Assembly (NCBI GenBank): GCA_965219955.1
Contig: OZ244799.1
Coordinates: 2,784,001-2,848,000, forward strand
Direction: 5' to 3'
DNA length: 64,000 bases
DNA from: a bacterium
GTDB lineage: Bacteria > UBA8248
Shown: positions 29,001 through 38,715 of the stretch, piece by piece
Position numbering within the stretch: position 1 is the first letter of the stretch
How the letters are laid out: the number at the start of each line of letters is the position of its first letter
Position numbers and translations under genes: made by a program
The notes under the pieces: model-generated
The model's database searches: none
What the model saw: the letters and a program-made list of their open reading frames with translations, nothing else
What the model was told of the DNA's origin: nothing

Positions 29001-31350
29001 GGTGGGCGAGCTGGTCGGCGTCAATCCCTTCCCGGAGATCTACGTCTTGCAGTTTACCGATCACCTCCAGCCATCGCTGTCGTACATGCTCCGGAAGGTC
29101 AAGACCCTCAATCTTCTTCTCCGCGGTCTCTCGGTCGGGTGCCGCCGGCACACCCTGGAACACGCGGGTCTGGTTCTCGTCGCGCAGCACGAAGCCCGCG
29201 CGCTCCAGCCACGAGATCGCGGTCCGGACCTTCGTGCTGGCGGATGACTCACGCTCGTCGAACGATACCTCGGTGTCCGGCACCCGGAGGATCTCGCCCG
29301 GCGAAAGCACTATCTCCTCGGCGTCCCGACGGCGCGCCCTGCGAATCGCTCTGAGAATCTGGGACATGTCCCGCTGGGTGAGACAACCGCGCGAGGCCAG
29401 GTCGAACTGGTTCTCGATATCGCCCTTGGCGAAGAGCAGGACACAGTGCGCCGACTCGCCGTCCCGGCCCGCCCGGCCAGCTTCCTGCAGATAGTTTTCG
29501 AGCGAGCCCGGCACGTCGGCGTGCACCACAAGGCGCACGTTTTCCTTATCGATGCCCATACCGAAGGCGTTGGTCGCAACGATGACCGGCACCTCGCCGG
29601 AAATGAACGCATCCTGGACCCGCTTCTTATCGGGCGGATCGAGGCCGGCGTGGAAGTGCAACGCATTCCATCCCCGCGCCCGCAGTGCCGTCGCCAGCTC
29701 TTCCGTTCGTTTGCGCCTGCCGGCGTAGATGATTGCCGCGCCTCGCAACTCTGCGGCCGACGGTTCCCCTATGTGCTCCGCAAGCAACTCGAGGATGCGC
29801 GCACCCTTGTGGGGAGTCAGCACTTCCTCCACCGCGTAGTGCAGGTTCTCCCGGTCAACCCTGTCCGTCGCGAGCACCTCAAGCTCTTGGCCGAGTGCCT
29901 CACGGAAATGCGCGACGATTTCCTCGCGCACATCGAGCTTCGCAGTCGCGGTGAAGCACGCCACCGGAGCGGGGTCGATCCCTTCCTCCATCGAGAACTC
30001 TCGAATGAAGCGCGCCGCATACAGGTAGTCCGGACGGAAGTCGTGCCCCCATTTCGAGATGCAGTGGGCCTCGTCGAACACCCACGCGGCGATCTCGCGC
30101 TGGCGTATGGCTGCCTTGAAGGAACGCGTCCGCAGTTGCTCGGGAGATACATAAAGGAGCGCGAACCGTCCGAGCCGTATCCCTTCGAGCACATCGTGGC
30201 GCTTGGGCATGGTCAGGAGGCCGTTCAACGTGGCTGCAAGGCTCCCCCCTCCGGTCTTGCGGTTGAGGTTCTCGACTTGATCCTTCATCAGCGCCTGGAG
30301 CGGAGTGATGACGACAGTAAGCGCTCCGGTTCGCTCGTTATGGACAATGGCGGGTAGCTGGAAGCAGAGCGACTTGCCGCCGCCTGTCGGCAGGACAGCC
30401 AGAATCGGTCGTTGTTCAATGCCCCGCGTGACGATTCGCTCTTGCAGACTGTCTCCGGCGCTCGTCGCCGGGGTCGGGCGAAATCCCGGATGCCCGAAAT
30501 ACGCCTCCAGTTTGCCGCGCGGGTCGTGATGCACGGAACAGTACGCACAACCCGGGTCGTCACAACGAACGCTCCGGACCGAGCGTAGAAACCGGGCAGC
30601 GGCCGGGAATGAGCGGTGTACCCAGCGCGGCAGAATGGACTCCGTCCCGGCCACCGTAAGCCAGGCGAGAGAGTAGGCAGCGGCCGGCCGGGTCGTCGGG
30701 TCGCCCAGAAGAGACGGGAGTTCGCGGTGGATCGCGGCGGGACACGCCTTCTCACGAGAGAAGTACTCGAAGCCGTTGAGCACACGATCGCGTGACAGCC
30801 GCCGGGCACCGAGAGCTTCCAGAAAGTCGCCAGTCCCGTTCAGGTTGAGAGCCGAGACACTGCCGGGAGCATCGGAGTCGTCGAAGCAACTGCGGTAGAT
30901 GGACACGAGACCCGGCTGCTGGCGCTCCTGCTTCTCCAGGATGGCCCAGCAGTCCTCCAACAGCTGCAGCGCGAGACGGCAATCAGCGACGGGATCACTC
31001 CGTACCGCCCCGACTAGCTTGTAATCCTTGACCAGGGGGTGATACGGCCTTTGTGGACGCGCCAGCGGCGCCAGATAGAGCGTGTCTACGACGGGCAGGT
31101 CGAGGAGCGGGGACCCCGGCAAGTGGGTCTCGATGAATCGTCTATCGTGGGCGACGATGTTGTGCCCCACAACGAAATCGGCCCCGTCCGCGAAAGCGCT
31201 GAGTTGTTGGACCGCGTCACTCGACGACTCTGCATCGCGGATTCGCAACTCTCTGTCCCCTCGCAGCGCACCGACGTCCCGGATCCGGCCGTCAGCGCCG
31301 ACTTCGAGATCCAGTACGACGCACTTCTCGATAAAAGCTTTAAAAGACAC
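26095..31350 (-). CDS. Fused DEDD-like exonuclease + RecQ helicase + UvrD/Rep helicase, with possible C-terminal HIRAN-like domain
   Basis: VVLDLEV/VGHNIVAHD/DTL/DPVADC; RecQ PTGGGKSLCFQLPA, DEAHCISKWGHDFRPDY, ATNAFGMGIDK, QEAGRAGRDG; UvrD LAGPGSGKT, DEYQD, VGDDDQSIY, ENYRS, AKGLEF, EERRLYYVAMTRA. Confidence 0.9.
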   Translation of the reverse strand: MSFKAFIEKCVVLDLEVGADGRIRDVGALRGDRELRIRDAESSSDAVQQLSAFADGADFVVGHNIVAHDRRFIETHLPGSPLLDLPVVDTLYLAPLARPQRPYHPLVKDYKLVGAVRSDPVADCRLALQLLEDCWAILEKQERQQPGLVSIYRSCFDDSDAPGSVSALNLNGTGDFLEALGARRLSRDRVLNGFEYFSREKACPAAIHRELPSLLGDPTTRPAAAYSLAWLTVAGTESILPRWVHRSFPAAARFLRSVRSVRCDDPGCAYCSVHHDPRGKLEAYFGHPGFRPTPATSAGDSLQERIVTRGIEQRPILAVLPTGGGKSLCFQLPAIVHNERTGALTVVITPLQALMKDQVENLNRKTGGGSLAATLNGLLTMPKRHDVLEGIRLGRFALLYVSPEQLRTRSFKAAIRQREIAAWVFDEAHCISKWGHDFRPDYLYAARFIREFSMEEGIDPAPVACFTATAKLDVREEIVAHFREALGQELEVLATDRVDRENLHYAVEEVLTPHKGARILELLAEHIGEPSAAELRGAAIIYAGRRKRTEELATALRARGWNALHFHAGLDPPDKKRVQDAFISGEVPVIVATNAFGMGIDKENVRLVVHADVPGSLENYLQEAGRAGRDGESAHCVLLFAKGDIENQFDLASRGCLTQRDMSQILRAIRRARRRDAEEIVLSPGEILRVPDTEVSFDERESSASTKVRTAISWLERAGFVLRDENQTRVFQGVPAAPDRETAEKKIEGLDLPEHVRQRWLEVIGKLQDVDLREGIDADQLAHLPSFRSLKSRVGQETANRDRTATREILRTLDEMTRAGLLESGLYFTAWVRHKTKGRSLDRLADIVRVEKALVDLLCAEHPDATPGVDAQLSITRLQERLRTEGVQITRDSVSKLLGGWTREGFGQPALITLRSGGRHRLYVGFQAGWASFQEQLDLRVQLSQTVLEALLAIAEREGLIGERLVLFSLEDLRRGIDGQLGLAHRIGDSFDAIEKTLLFLDEHDVIKLQKGLSIFRQAMTLRFPDEAEGRYTSRHYRPLQDHYDQRVCQIHAIGRYVEEAQAGLDGGRRYVQSYFSLPAPEFIRHYFGNDPKSLERATSRESYADIVESLRNDAQERIVNAPMDRNLLVLAGPGSGKTRVVVHRCAYLLRVERIRPERILVICFNRSAMHELRVRLRDLVGDLARQVAVYTYHSLALRLTERSIADRVEAAGQKDIDFDGIIDEANRRLRGEEQVVGMEPDELRDRLLSGFEYVLVDEYQDIDARQYELITHIARRADEDRDRCATILAVGDDDQSIYEWRDANVRFLRQFEEEFSAERHYLVENYRSTRHIIDASNALIRHNRDRMKVGYSIRVNADRANDPPGGKWESRDTVAEGHVSLLDVEDGGAQAATVLAEVERLRMLDPTLDWGSFAILARTNDELAPVRALLEHNGVPVRRVLRGELPRLDRIREFKRLLSNLKEKEPLEVSIPKLREQLPSICGASSFWTAMADRMLMGLESELGAEPCAVIDVLESLHRGLADHRHSHIVGDGVLLGTVYAAKGLEFAHVIVLGGGWKKGSAHPASVGQRNRSEEERRLYYVAMTRARETLALMDRQDDPLPYVRELEMKSLRRRKIGVAEGQSDGYADVCFTLLGMRDLYIDLASWKPEGHPMHRSLDRLQAGDPVKLERNQTDQVLVLDRERAQVARLSESTAESWQPPELQQVDEVRVLGMVFRVAEDCEPKYQKRVAVPAWELPVLEVRHRRSAAK

Positions 31351-31879
31351 GGCTTGCGCGACCGCCTTTCAAGATGCTGTTGGGCTAAGAACTCGGGCAG
31401 GAGAGCGTCGAAGCAGTTCCTGTTCACTCCGTAAACGCAAAACGCAGATTATGATCATGACTACCAAACACCATCTGGGCGGTCAAGGACATAGAGATGT
31501 TGAGCCTATCGTGCCCAGTCGATCCCGAGTCCTTCCAGGCGGTGCTCGAAGCTAAGTTCTTGACGGACCACAGCACGACAAGCGAAACAAGACGGGTGTG
31601 GAGTGATAAAAATAATTGCGAATGGCCTGATCCCCTGGGTTCCTCGCCCTTTTATGCCTTGGAAATTCCCTCTATTTTCTAAGGCATTCAGTAATTTTTG
31701 TCTCAGTTTCCAATTATTTTTGTTTCCCAACAACGGTCGTGTTGCCAACCCTGCGATAGACGATATCTCAGTACTGGCAGGGCAGAACGAACCCCTGGAA
31801 CACGCGGACCTCAATCACCTCCAGGTCATCTGTTACACGCTCCCGCTTGTTCTCCGGAAAAGATAGCGGAGCGATCTTT

Positions 31880-32030
31880 TGGATCTCCGTGCCCATGACG
31901 TGGAGTTAAAAACCGTGTTTCGTCAGGTCGATGCCTATAATGTGGATTTGTTCCATGGACAAACCTCCTTCCGGGTGGTAACGACACCACCTCACCATAG
32001 TGTGATGTCCTCGGGAGGGCGCGTCCATCC
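31880..32030 (-). pseudogene. IS110/IS1111-family left end and transposase N-terminal remnant
   Basis: GGATGGACGC... end, GGAGG RBS, ATG 31956: MEQIHIIGIDLTKHGF*LH. Confidence 0.75.
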
Positions 32031-32054
32031 TTTCGTTTACCGGCACGCACGCGC

Positions 32055-32217
32055 CAGGATACGTAGGAGTTATAATTCATCCGTTTCCGATTTGATTACA
32101 TTCTGCAGAAACTGGCTTGAAAACGAGAAAGAAAACATTGAACTATCTCCAATAAAATTAACGCGATATCGAAGTATCCCAGTCGTCGACAATCCCCCGA
32201 TGTCTAAAACGGGCGGA
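32055..32217. repeat. ~160-bp dispersed element, copy 1 (att/res-like)
   Basis: GGATACGTAGGAGTTATAATTC, TTTGATTAC at 32091, GTCTAAAAC at 32202; spacing conserved with the other copies. Confidence 0.8.
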
Positions 32218-32496
32218 AGCGCCAAAAGGCAATTTGATCGAGGTGTATGTGAGGCTAAGAAAGATTTTTGTGGTCTGTTTGCATGGTTTTCTTGAAGTGG
32301 AGCAGACCATCTCATCCGACATCCAGATGGGATGGGCCTTGAAAGATCCAACGCATCTTTCGATTTAAAAGCGAGATTTTGCGAGTTATTGAGGCTTGAT
32401 TGATTAAAAACAATACCTTGGAATCATTAGACTAAGTCAACGAAACACCTTATGCCTCTGATGCGTTGAACTCCAGATTCCGAGGACTGGCAACGA

Positions 32497-32642
32497 GATG
32501 GATGCCTCCTCCCGACAACACCAAACTGTGACGAAGTGACTTCGCTTGCCGTCCTAAAGGAGGCATCCATGGCACAAGTTAGCATAGTCGGGGTCGCCCT
32601 GGAGAAACAGAGCTTCCAATTCCACGGTGCGCGCCCGAAACG
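32497..32642 (+). pseudogene. Second IS110/IS1111 left end and N-terminal remnant
   Basis: GATGGATGCC... end, GGAGG RBS, ATG 32569: MAQVSIVGVALEKQSFQFHG. Confidence 0.7.
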
Positions 32643-32802
32643 TGTCGAATTTGGCCAGAATGCGCATGGCTTCCAGAGGTACCTTCACTATGATCGGATG
32701 CCCTGCGATGGCCTCTTCCAATATTCTCTCGCGAAAGGTAAAAAGATTGCGTGGCATAGCGACACCTAACGGTTCCTAATTGGTAAAAGGCGGGATTTCA
32801 TA

Positions 32803-34029
32803 ATGGCGATTTCCACCGTAGCTGAGTTTCTCGAATGCATCGAGAGAAGCAGAAGTGACGACGAAACAGAACTTCTGTACCGTGGACAAGCCGACGCCAA
32901 ATGGATCGTGGATTGTTCTGCGGTGCGTCGACTCAGAGCCGATCATAACTTTGCGATTGATTCAACACTCATCGGGCACGCTTTGGTCGGATATTTGGAT
33001 GACCTGTTGAACAAGGCGTCACAATATGTCGGTAAGTGCCCGGAACTACCCGGAGGGTGTACCGATCTTGAAGTCCTCGCCCAGCTCCAACATCAGGGAG
33101 CAGCCACCGGACTAATCGACTTCACCTTGGAACCACTCGTGTCCCTCTGGTTCGCGTGCAGTGGGTACCCAACCGAAGACGGTGCGGTGTACGTCCTCTC
33201 CCGCTCCGACGTACAGGAAACAGATGAAGCCGAAGTTCGGGAAAACGGGGTGCTGAAATACTTTTACGGAGCTGGCACAAAAGACTGGGACGATCCTCCC
33301 TACCTGTGGTGTCCTGGTGCGATGTACGGAAGACCCGCTTCCCAAGAATCCGTCTTTATTCTGGGGGTCCCGTTTCTGTGGCCTGCTTTGCTCAATAAAA
33401 TAGTGATTGACAAGAATTTCAAGCAACCTTTACTCGAAGAGCTACGTATCGCACATGGCATCGCGGAAGAAAAGCTGTTTCCCGATCTCTCCGGTTATGC
33501 ACACGCCAACTCGGTCTCCAAACCCTTCGACATGAAGCGCTTTATTCGGTTTTGGGAAAATCGAGTAGAATGGTTTACGAACAACGCAGAGAAAGCACAA
33601 GCGTATGTCGACTGTGGGCTTGCCCACGCCGCAATCAAGCAATACGAGTTTGCCATTGAACGGTACACCGAAGCGATCACTTTTGACGCTGAGAATATAG
33701 GAGCCTACGTCAATCGTGCAAGAACGAGGCAATTGCTTGGCGACCAGACGGAAGCTCTCGCGGACTACAACACAGCGCTTCTAATGTGCGGAAGAGCGGA
33801 AGGACTTGATTCCCGGCAAATCGCTCGTGTCCACTGGAATAGAGGCCAGGCGTACTTTGCATTGGGGCAGGAAGAACAGGGTTGCGCGGACTACAATCGG
33901 GCAATAGGGCTTGGACACAAGTTGTACTTCTACGACAATGGTAAAGACGGAGCACGAATAAATGCCCACCCAGAGTACCTAGAAGAGTATAAGCCATTTA
34001 CCAATGGTGAAGACAGGTCCACGAAATAA
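32803..34029 (+). CDS. FRG domain protein with C-terminal TPR repeats
   Basis: LYRGQAD..W, QHQGAATGLIDFT..PLVSLWFAC, SQESVF, LFPDLSG; three TPR-like motifs (AYVDCG, AYVNRA, HWNRGQAY). Confidence 0.88.
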   Translation: MAISTVAEFLECIERSRSDDETELLYRGQADAKWIVDCSAVRRLRADHNFAIDSTLIGHALVGYLDDLLNKASQYVGKCPELPGGCTDLEVLAQLQHQGAATGLIDFTLEPLVSLWFACSGYPTEDGAVYVLSRSDVQETDEAEVRENGVLKYFYGAGTKDWDDPPYLWCPGAMYGRPASQESVFILGVPFLWPALLNKIVIDKNFKQPLLEELRIAHGIAEEKLFPDLSGYAHANSVSKPFDMKRFIRFWENRVEWFTNNAEKAQAYVDCGLAHAAIKQYEFAIERYTEAITFDAENIGAYVNRARTRQLLGDQTEALADYNTALLMCGRAEGLDSRQIARVHWNRGQAYFALGQEEQGCADYNRAIGLGHKLYFYDNGKDGARINAHPEYLEEYKPFTNGEDRSTK

Positions 34030-34336
34030 TTCGTGCGTATGTTGGGTCCCTTCGGCATTGTGTTTCTGTATGGCTTCCTTGGCTATCACTTCAAGAAAGT
34101 TCGGCAACTGGGGTAATGGACGACCAACACCTGAGCTATGTACTTAAGCGTGACAGCGTGGTTCGCCGCTTTCAGTTTTCAGCAAGGAATAGCTACAAGG
34201 GGATTCGAGTCATGAAATGTCCGACGTCGTACTAGGGTAGCCTGATCCGTTGCTCCACGGACCTCATGTCCGCGGCAGCCGCGGTCCTAGTGGTTATCAC
34301 AGCCCCTTTCTTACTCTCTTGAACAGGAGAACCAAC

Positions 34337-34696
34337 ATGAAGTCGCCTATTCGATCCGCAATGCTCAGCATCATGGCGCTAGCGCTTCTCACGGCTTGTA
34401 CCGCCGATATGAAAAATGAAAATGGGCGACTGACCGTAGAGTCACAGGCTCCTTTTATTGTTCCTTTCGGATTATTGCTGGCTTCTACACATACGGCAAT
34501 ACAGGCCGAGTGCAATGATATAAAAAGAAGAACAACAGATTCTGGCCCAGGCCAAGGACATGCACTTGCGCCGGATTACCAAAAGGTCACGGAATGGACC
34601 ACAGCCATTAAAACCTTCTTTGGTTTGCTTCCTATCAATGAATATAAATGGGTTGGAGAATGCGATTACGAGGGAGAGACCGCTAAAGGGAATTGA
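34337..34696 (+). CDS. Small lipoprotein of unknown function
   Basis: AGGAGA RBS, ATG 34337, lipobox LTA-C, two further Cys. Confidence 0.7.
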   Translation: MKSPIRSAMLSIMALALLTACTADMKNENGRLTVESQAPFIVPFGLLLASTHTAIQAECNDIKRRTTDSGPGQGHALAPDYQKVTEWTTAIKTFFGLLPINEYKWVGECDYEGETAKGN

Positions 34697-34699
34697 GTG

Positions 34700-34912
34700 A
34701 TGAATTACAAGGTTACATCTAAGAACAATAGGAGCAATACTATTAAAGCTAACGATGTTCGTATGCGGTTCATCGACTCAAAGCTTATGGTTGTTTTTCT
34801 GTTAGGAAGTCCTAGGCAAATTCAAATGGAAGGAGCACAGGTAAAAGCGATGTTTGAGTTCGACAATATCAAAAGCGTTGTGAGGGAGCAAATGCGAAGC
34901 TCTGACAAATAA
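34700..34912 (+). CDS. Small hypothetical protein
   Basis: Starts directly after the lipoprotein stop. Confidence 0.4.
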   Translation: MNYKVTSKNNRSNTIKANDVRMRFIDSKLMVVFLLGSPRQIQMEGAQVKAMFEFDNIKSVVREQMRSSDK

Positions 34913-35684
34913 GCGCTCCCACTAGGACCGCAATCCCCGGCGGGAGCAAACCACGAGAACACATACCTTCACCACAAAGGAGTAAGACCATGTCACATTT
35001 CAATGCTCGTGTCCTCGCGGTCCAAAAGTGTTCTATCTAAAACATCCCTCTCAAGATCCGCAGTTCCTACACGGATCCTCCCGATAATCAATGAGCGTCC
35101 CGTTTCAGCTTGAGCATGGCTCATCCGCGACCTTCTCCACGTTATAAACGGGTGACTCATGTTCGACCACTTTGACGAAAGAGTAGCGGGACCTAGCGTG
35201 CTCGAATGCGCGCTCGCAGGCATTCTCGTGAGCCGAGAAGGTCGTGATTTGCAGCAGATACCCGCCGTCGACGGCAGCTTCTACTCACCATTCTTCGCCT
35301 AGGTTTTGAACGATCCTGTAAGGGAAGTCGTCGGTAGGCTCATGGATAGCTTCTCTTGGGGGCTCAAGTTTGAACACCTTGGCATGGGTTTTAAGTTTGC
35401 CCATGAGGAAATACTTAGCTAGCTAGGTCAAAAGACCCATAGTATCGATTTAATATGAACTTGATGTGCCTTTTGCGGTGTTATCATGGTTTAAATATGA
35501 CCATTCATGGCGCGGGCGTCATTTCCCGCGGCCTGGAACTCGTAAGCGGTCGATCTGTAAAGTCCGGTGAACTATTCGACGAGGAGACGTAGTGATCGAT
35601 CCATATCCACCGAATCCCGAGGCGAAAGCGTTCAGGCGGTGCATCTCAACGCTCAGCATGTCCATCCCATCGGTTACGATTTGC

Positions 35685-35902
35685 GGCCTGTTAGGAGGGG
35701 TCGTTGCCGAGCCCCTCCTAACAGGCCCGACTTGCCCGCCCTAGGATACGCAGAAGTTTGATTTCGCCCACTTCCGATTTGATTACGTATTGCAGATAAG
35801 CAAATCCCCAACGAAATTCCCAAAAACGGATACCCGCAATAATATCAACAAGCTACAAGAATTCCCCACCCGCTGGAAACAACCCACCGTCTCAAAACAC
35901 GC
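35685..35902. repeat. Dispersed element, copy 2, with preceding 16-bp perfect hairpin
   Basis: GGCCTGTTAGGAGGGG-N11-CCCCTCCTAACAGGCC (35685-35727); GGATACGCAGAAGTT; TTTGATTAC 35778; TATCAACAAGCTA (IHF-like); GTCTCAAAACAC 35889. Confidence 0.8.
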
Positions 35903-36304
35903 GGCAACAACTCCGAGCGAAAGCACCGCCCCGCCCCCGACCTGTCCCGCGTCCGGGGAACACCAATCCGCACCGCACCGACACCCGTCAAAACCTCCCG
36001 CGACGGCAGGTAGCCGCCCAGCACCACCGCGCGACGGCCTCGCGTGTCTCGCTCGGTAGAATGCTCTTCCAGAAAGGTCCCCAACTCCGCTTCCACCGCC
36101 CGGCGGATGATTCGCTGCGCGCCTTCGCGCACCAGTTCGCTCAACTCCTCTCGAAAGGCTGGATTCGTAAAGGGAATCGTCGTATCTTTGTGCATGGTGG
36201 CGCATCTCCTGTTTGCTGAATGACAGGGCTTCTCACAACCCCATTCCAGCAGGAATGCGCCGCCTTCTTCAATTCAACCCATACACAAGATCTGAGGGTA
36301 ACTC
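35900..36304 (-). mobile_element. Truncated IS256-family element (left end plus about 98 N-terminal codons)
   Basis: End GAGTTACCCTCAGATCTTGTGT (from 36304); ATG 36195, LSELVREGAQRII..AVEAE...GYLPSREVLTGVG..VPRTRDR...FRSELLP then break. Confidence 0.85.
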
Positions 36305-36322
36305 CATAATATAGTGTCCTCC

Positions 36323-38227
36323 CTAAAACGCCCCGGTGACGCCGACGAGGAAGACATCGGAGCGCGCCGAGGCGTCACTGTGCGTTTGGTCCGGCATTAT
36401 CTCGCCGTTTTCGTCCTTGATGTTGCCGCCGCTGATGAAGTTCAAGGGTGTGTATCCATCGACACGGATGTATTCGGCAAAGAGCTTCACGCTGGGCCGG
36501 GGCAACCAGGCCACGCCCAGGGCAAGCTGGTTCTGGCGCTCCCACGGCGCGTCATCCGGACCGGCGACGAATCGGCTGAGTTCGATGGAAAAATCCAGAG
36601 GGCCGCGACTGGAGTCGTACCTGTATCCGGCCCCGACCCTGAAGCTCGTCACCTTGCTCGCCGGGAATTGCGGGATGCCGGGGTTGAATGTAGCGGGCCA
36701 CTCATTCAGCGTACGGATGAACTCGCCCCCGATATTGAGATTGCCATGGACGAGTTTTCCGTAAACGCCTGAAGCCGGGTTGTTGTCCTTGCAGGGCGCG
36801 AAATGAACAACCGGAAAATCCTGGCAATAAGCCGTCCCGCGCAGGTATGACCCTCCCAGGAGAAACGTGCCCCAGGAAGCGAGTTCTACCGTGTAGTTCG
36901 CGTCGACGGTGAAGTTGTTCAGTTTGCTCGGGACCGCGGTTCCGTTCACCGGGGTGTTTGCGGCCCTGAACTGCGCTCCTCCCTGCACGCCCATGAAGGA
37001 GAGGTTCAACCCGTCGCTGGAATAGCCCAGCTTCAAGCCGTTGGCCAGCCCTCCGAAGGCGTGCCAGACGCTCGAGGCGGAGAACGGATTGACGGTATCC
37101 GTGAGACCGAAGGGAATCGCCATCTTGCCCAGGCTGGCATAGAGCGGCGACCTGTCGAGATTCCCGATCAGGACCCAGGCGCGCCGCAATTGCAACTGGT
37201 TGCGTTCCAGGTCCGTATTGGTTCCCTGGCCGAAACTCTGTTGCGGATCATAGAGAATCTCGGCGTTGGCGGTAATCCACCCGCCGAGCGCACCCGTGAA
37301 TCCGAGTTGCGCCGAATGGATCGCCGCCTCGGAAACCACGGTCCCCGCCTGATTCTTTGCGGTCGGGTGGCGCATCAGGTATCCGAACTTGTTCTCCCTG
37401 TTGCTCGACTGGTAATCGGCTATCGCGGTGACCGCACCGTGCAGGTGAACGCTGTCCGGGGCGAGTACGCCCTCTTGCTTGCGCTGGAGTATCAGGCGTT
37501 GCTTGGAGTTGATGTTCGTCGTCGGGTCGAGGATCTCGTAGCCGAATTGCGGGTCGATCTGGATGAATCCGGTTTTGGCTCTGACGGGCGCTGCCTCCCT
37601 CGCGGATACATCCACTGACAGGTCGCCCGAAGCGTAGCGGACGAAGCCGCCCGCTTCCACTTGCGCGGAGCTCCCCTCGAGCGAAGGCGTCAGCACGAGG
37701 TTCTCCCCGAAGCGCGAAGAGCGTGAGCTTTCGGGCGGTGCGCGAACGCGGCTTGCATCCCCGTCGACTCCGGGCAGGCCCGGCGCCGCCTCGCCGGTAT
37801 CCGCCGGCGTCGTGGCCGTGGCGACCGCAGAGGGAGGCCCCGCTCCCGACTCGCCGACCGCCGAGACGCGGTAGTGGTACGTCGTGCCTCCCGGGAGGCC
37901 CGAGTGCCTGTACTCCGTGTCCCTGACGCCCGTCTCGGGGACAAGGTCGCTCCAGCCCGCCTCCTCTTCGCGGACCTCTATCCGGTAGCTCAAGAACGCC
38001 GATTCGCTGACCGAAGGTGCACGCCAGGACAGGAGGATGACCGAAGGCCCCTCCGCCCGCGCCGTGAGGCCGCCGGGCACGGTCGCCGCCGTGCCGTTGA
38101 ACAGAGTGGCGGCCTCGGTCCCCTTGCTCCATACTTCGATGACGGCCTGGGCATGGGCCAGCCCGGCGGAGGCCGGTGCCATGACGGCGAGGAGGACGAG
38201 ACACGCCGCGAGACTGCTCCACCACAA
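36323..38227 (-). CDS. Secreted fibronectin type III domain fused to a porin-like outer-membrane beta-barrel
   Basis: Signal peptide ending AHA; FN3 VPGGLTA...LSWRAP...YRIE...GLPGGTTYHYRVSAV..GAGPPS; alternating beta strands; terminal Phe (VGVTGAF); start uncertain. Confidence 0.75.
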   Translation of the reverse strand: MWWSSLAACLVLLAVMAPASAGLAHAQAVIEVWSKGTEAATLFNGTAATVPGGLTARAEGPSVILLSWRAPSVSESAFLSYRIEVREEEAGWSDLVPETGVRDTEYRHSGLPGGTTYHYRVSAVGESGAGPPSAVATATTPADTGEAAPGLPGVDGDASRVRAPPESSRSSRFGENLVLTPSLEGSSAQVEAGGFVRYASGDLSVDVSAREAAPVRAKTGFIQIDPQFGYEILDPTTNINSKQRLILQRKQEGVLAPDSVHLHGAVTAIADYQSSNRENKFGYLMRHPTAKNQAGTVVSEAAIHSAQLGFTGALGGWITANAEILYDPQQSFGQGTNTDLERNQLQLRRAWVLIGNLDRSPLYASLGKMAIPFGLTDTVNPFSASSVWHAFGGLANGLKLGYSSDGLNLSFMGVQGGAQFRAANTPVNGTAVPSKLNNFTVDANYTVELASWGTFLLGGSYLRGTAYCQDFPVVHFAPCKDNNPASGVYGKLVHGNLNIGGEFIRTLNEWPATFNPGIPQFPASKVTSFRVGAGYRYDSSRGPLDFSIELSRFVAGPDDAPWERQNQLALGVAWLPRPSVKLFAEYIRVDGYTPLNFISGGNIKDENGEIMPDQTHSDASARSDVFLVGVTGAF

Positions 38228-38629
38228 GGTCAGGGGCCGCCGGTCGGGGGGGATACAGGCGGGTGTTCGGCTTCTTCGGTCTCGAGCCCCTCGATGAACT
38301 CGGGACAGGCTCTGCCGATGACGAGGGAGCCGGCTTGCGCACCCCGTTCGGGCGCTGCGCGCTCATGCCGCCCTCTTCTTCCAGATGACAGACTATTGCC
38401 GATGCCGACTCCGGTTGCAAGCCCCACCAACCTCTCCACGCGATGTCTCATTTCTGAATCTACTTTTCCCGGTATTGCGAGGGAGCCGGACCAGCGGTTC
38501 CCCTCCCCATGGAACGTCTATTCATTTTTTGCTTGAAGTTTACCAAAGTCATATGTATTTATCATATCTATACTCTTGTTATATATATCATTAACATATA
38601 TAATTCTGTTTTCCGCCCGGGAGGCAGGG

Positions 38630-38715
38630 ATGATGAACGGAAGCGAAGAGGAGGGGCGCATCTCGCGGCTGTGCGCGGCGTCGGCTACACGATGCCGGAG
38701 CCGGGCGAGGGGCAG
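38630..38715 (+). pseudogene. Extreme deletion relic of a hybrid sensor/OmpR-type regulator gene
   Basis: Start (MNGSEE..RISRLCAA) and end (RGVGYTMPEP) match the longer relic at 41231-41580. Confidence 0.6.

Noticed and set aside
34993-35404. Possible small minus-strand gene (MGKLKTHAK...)
   Set aside because: Internal stop and no recognisable family
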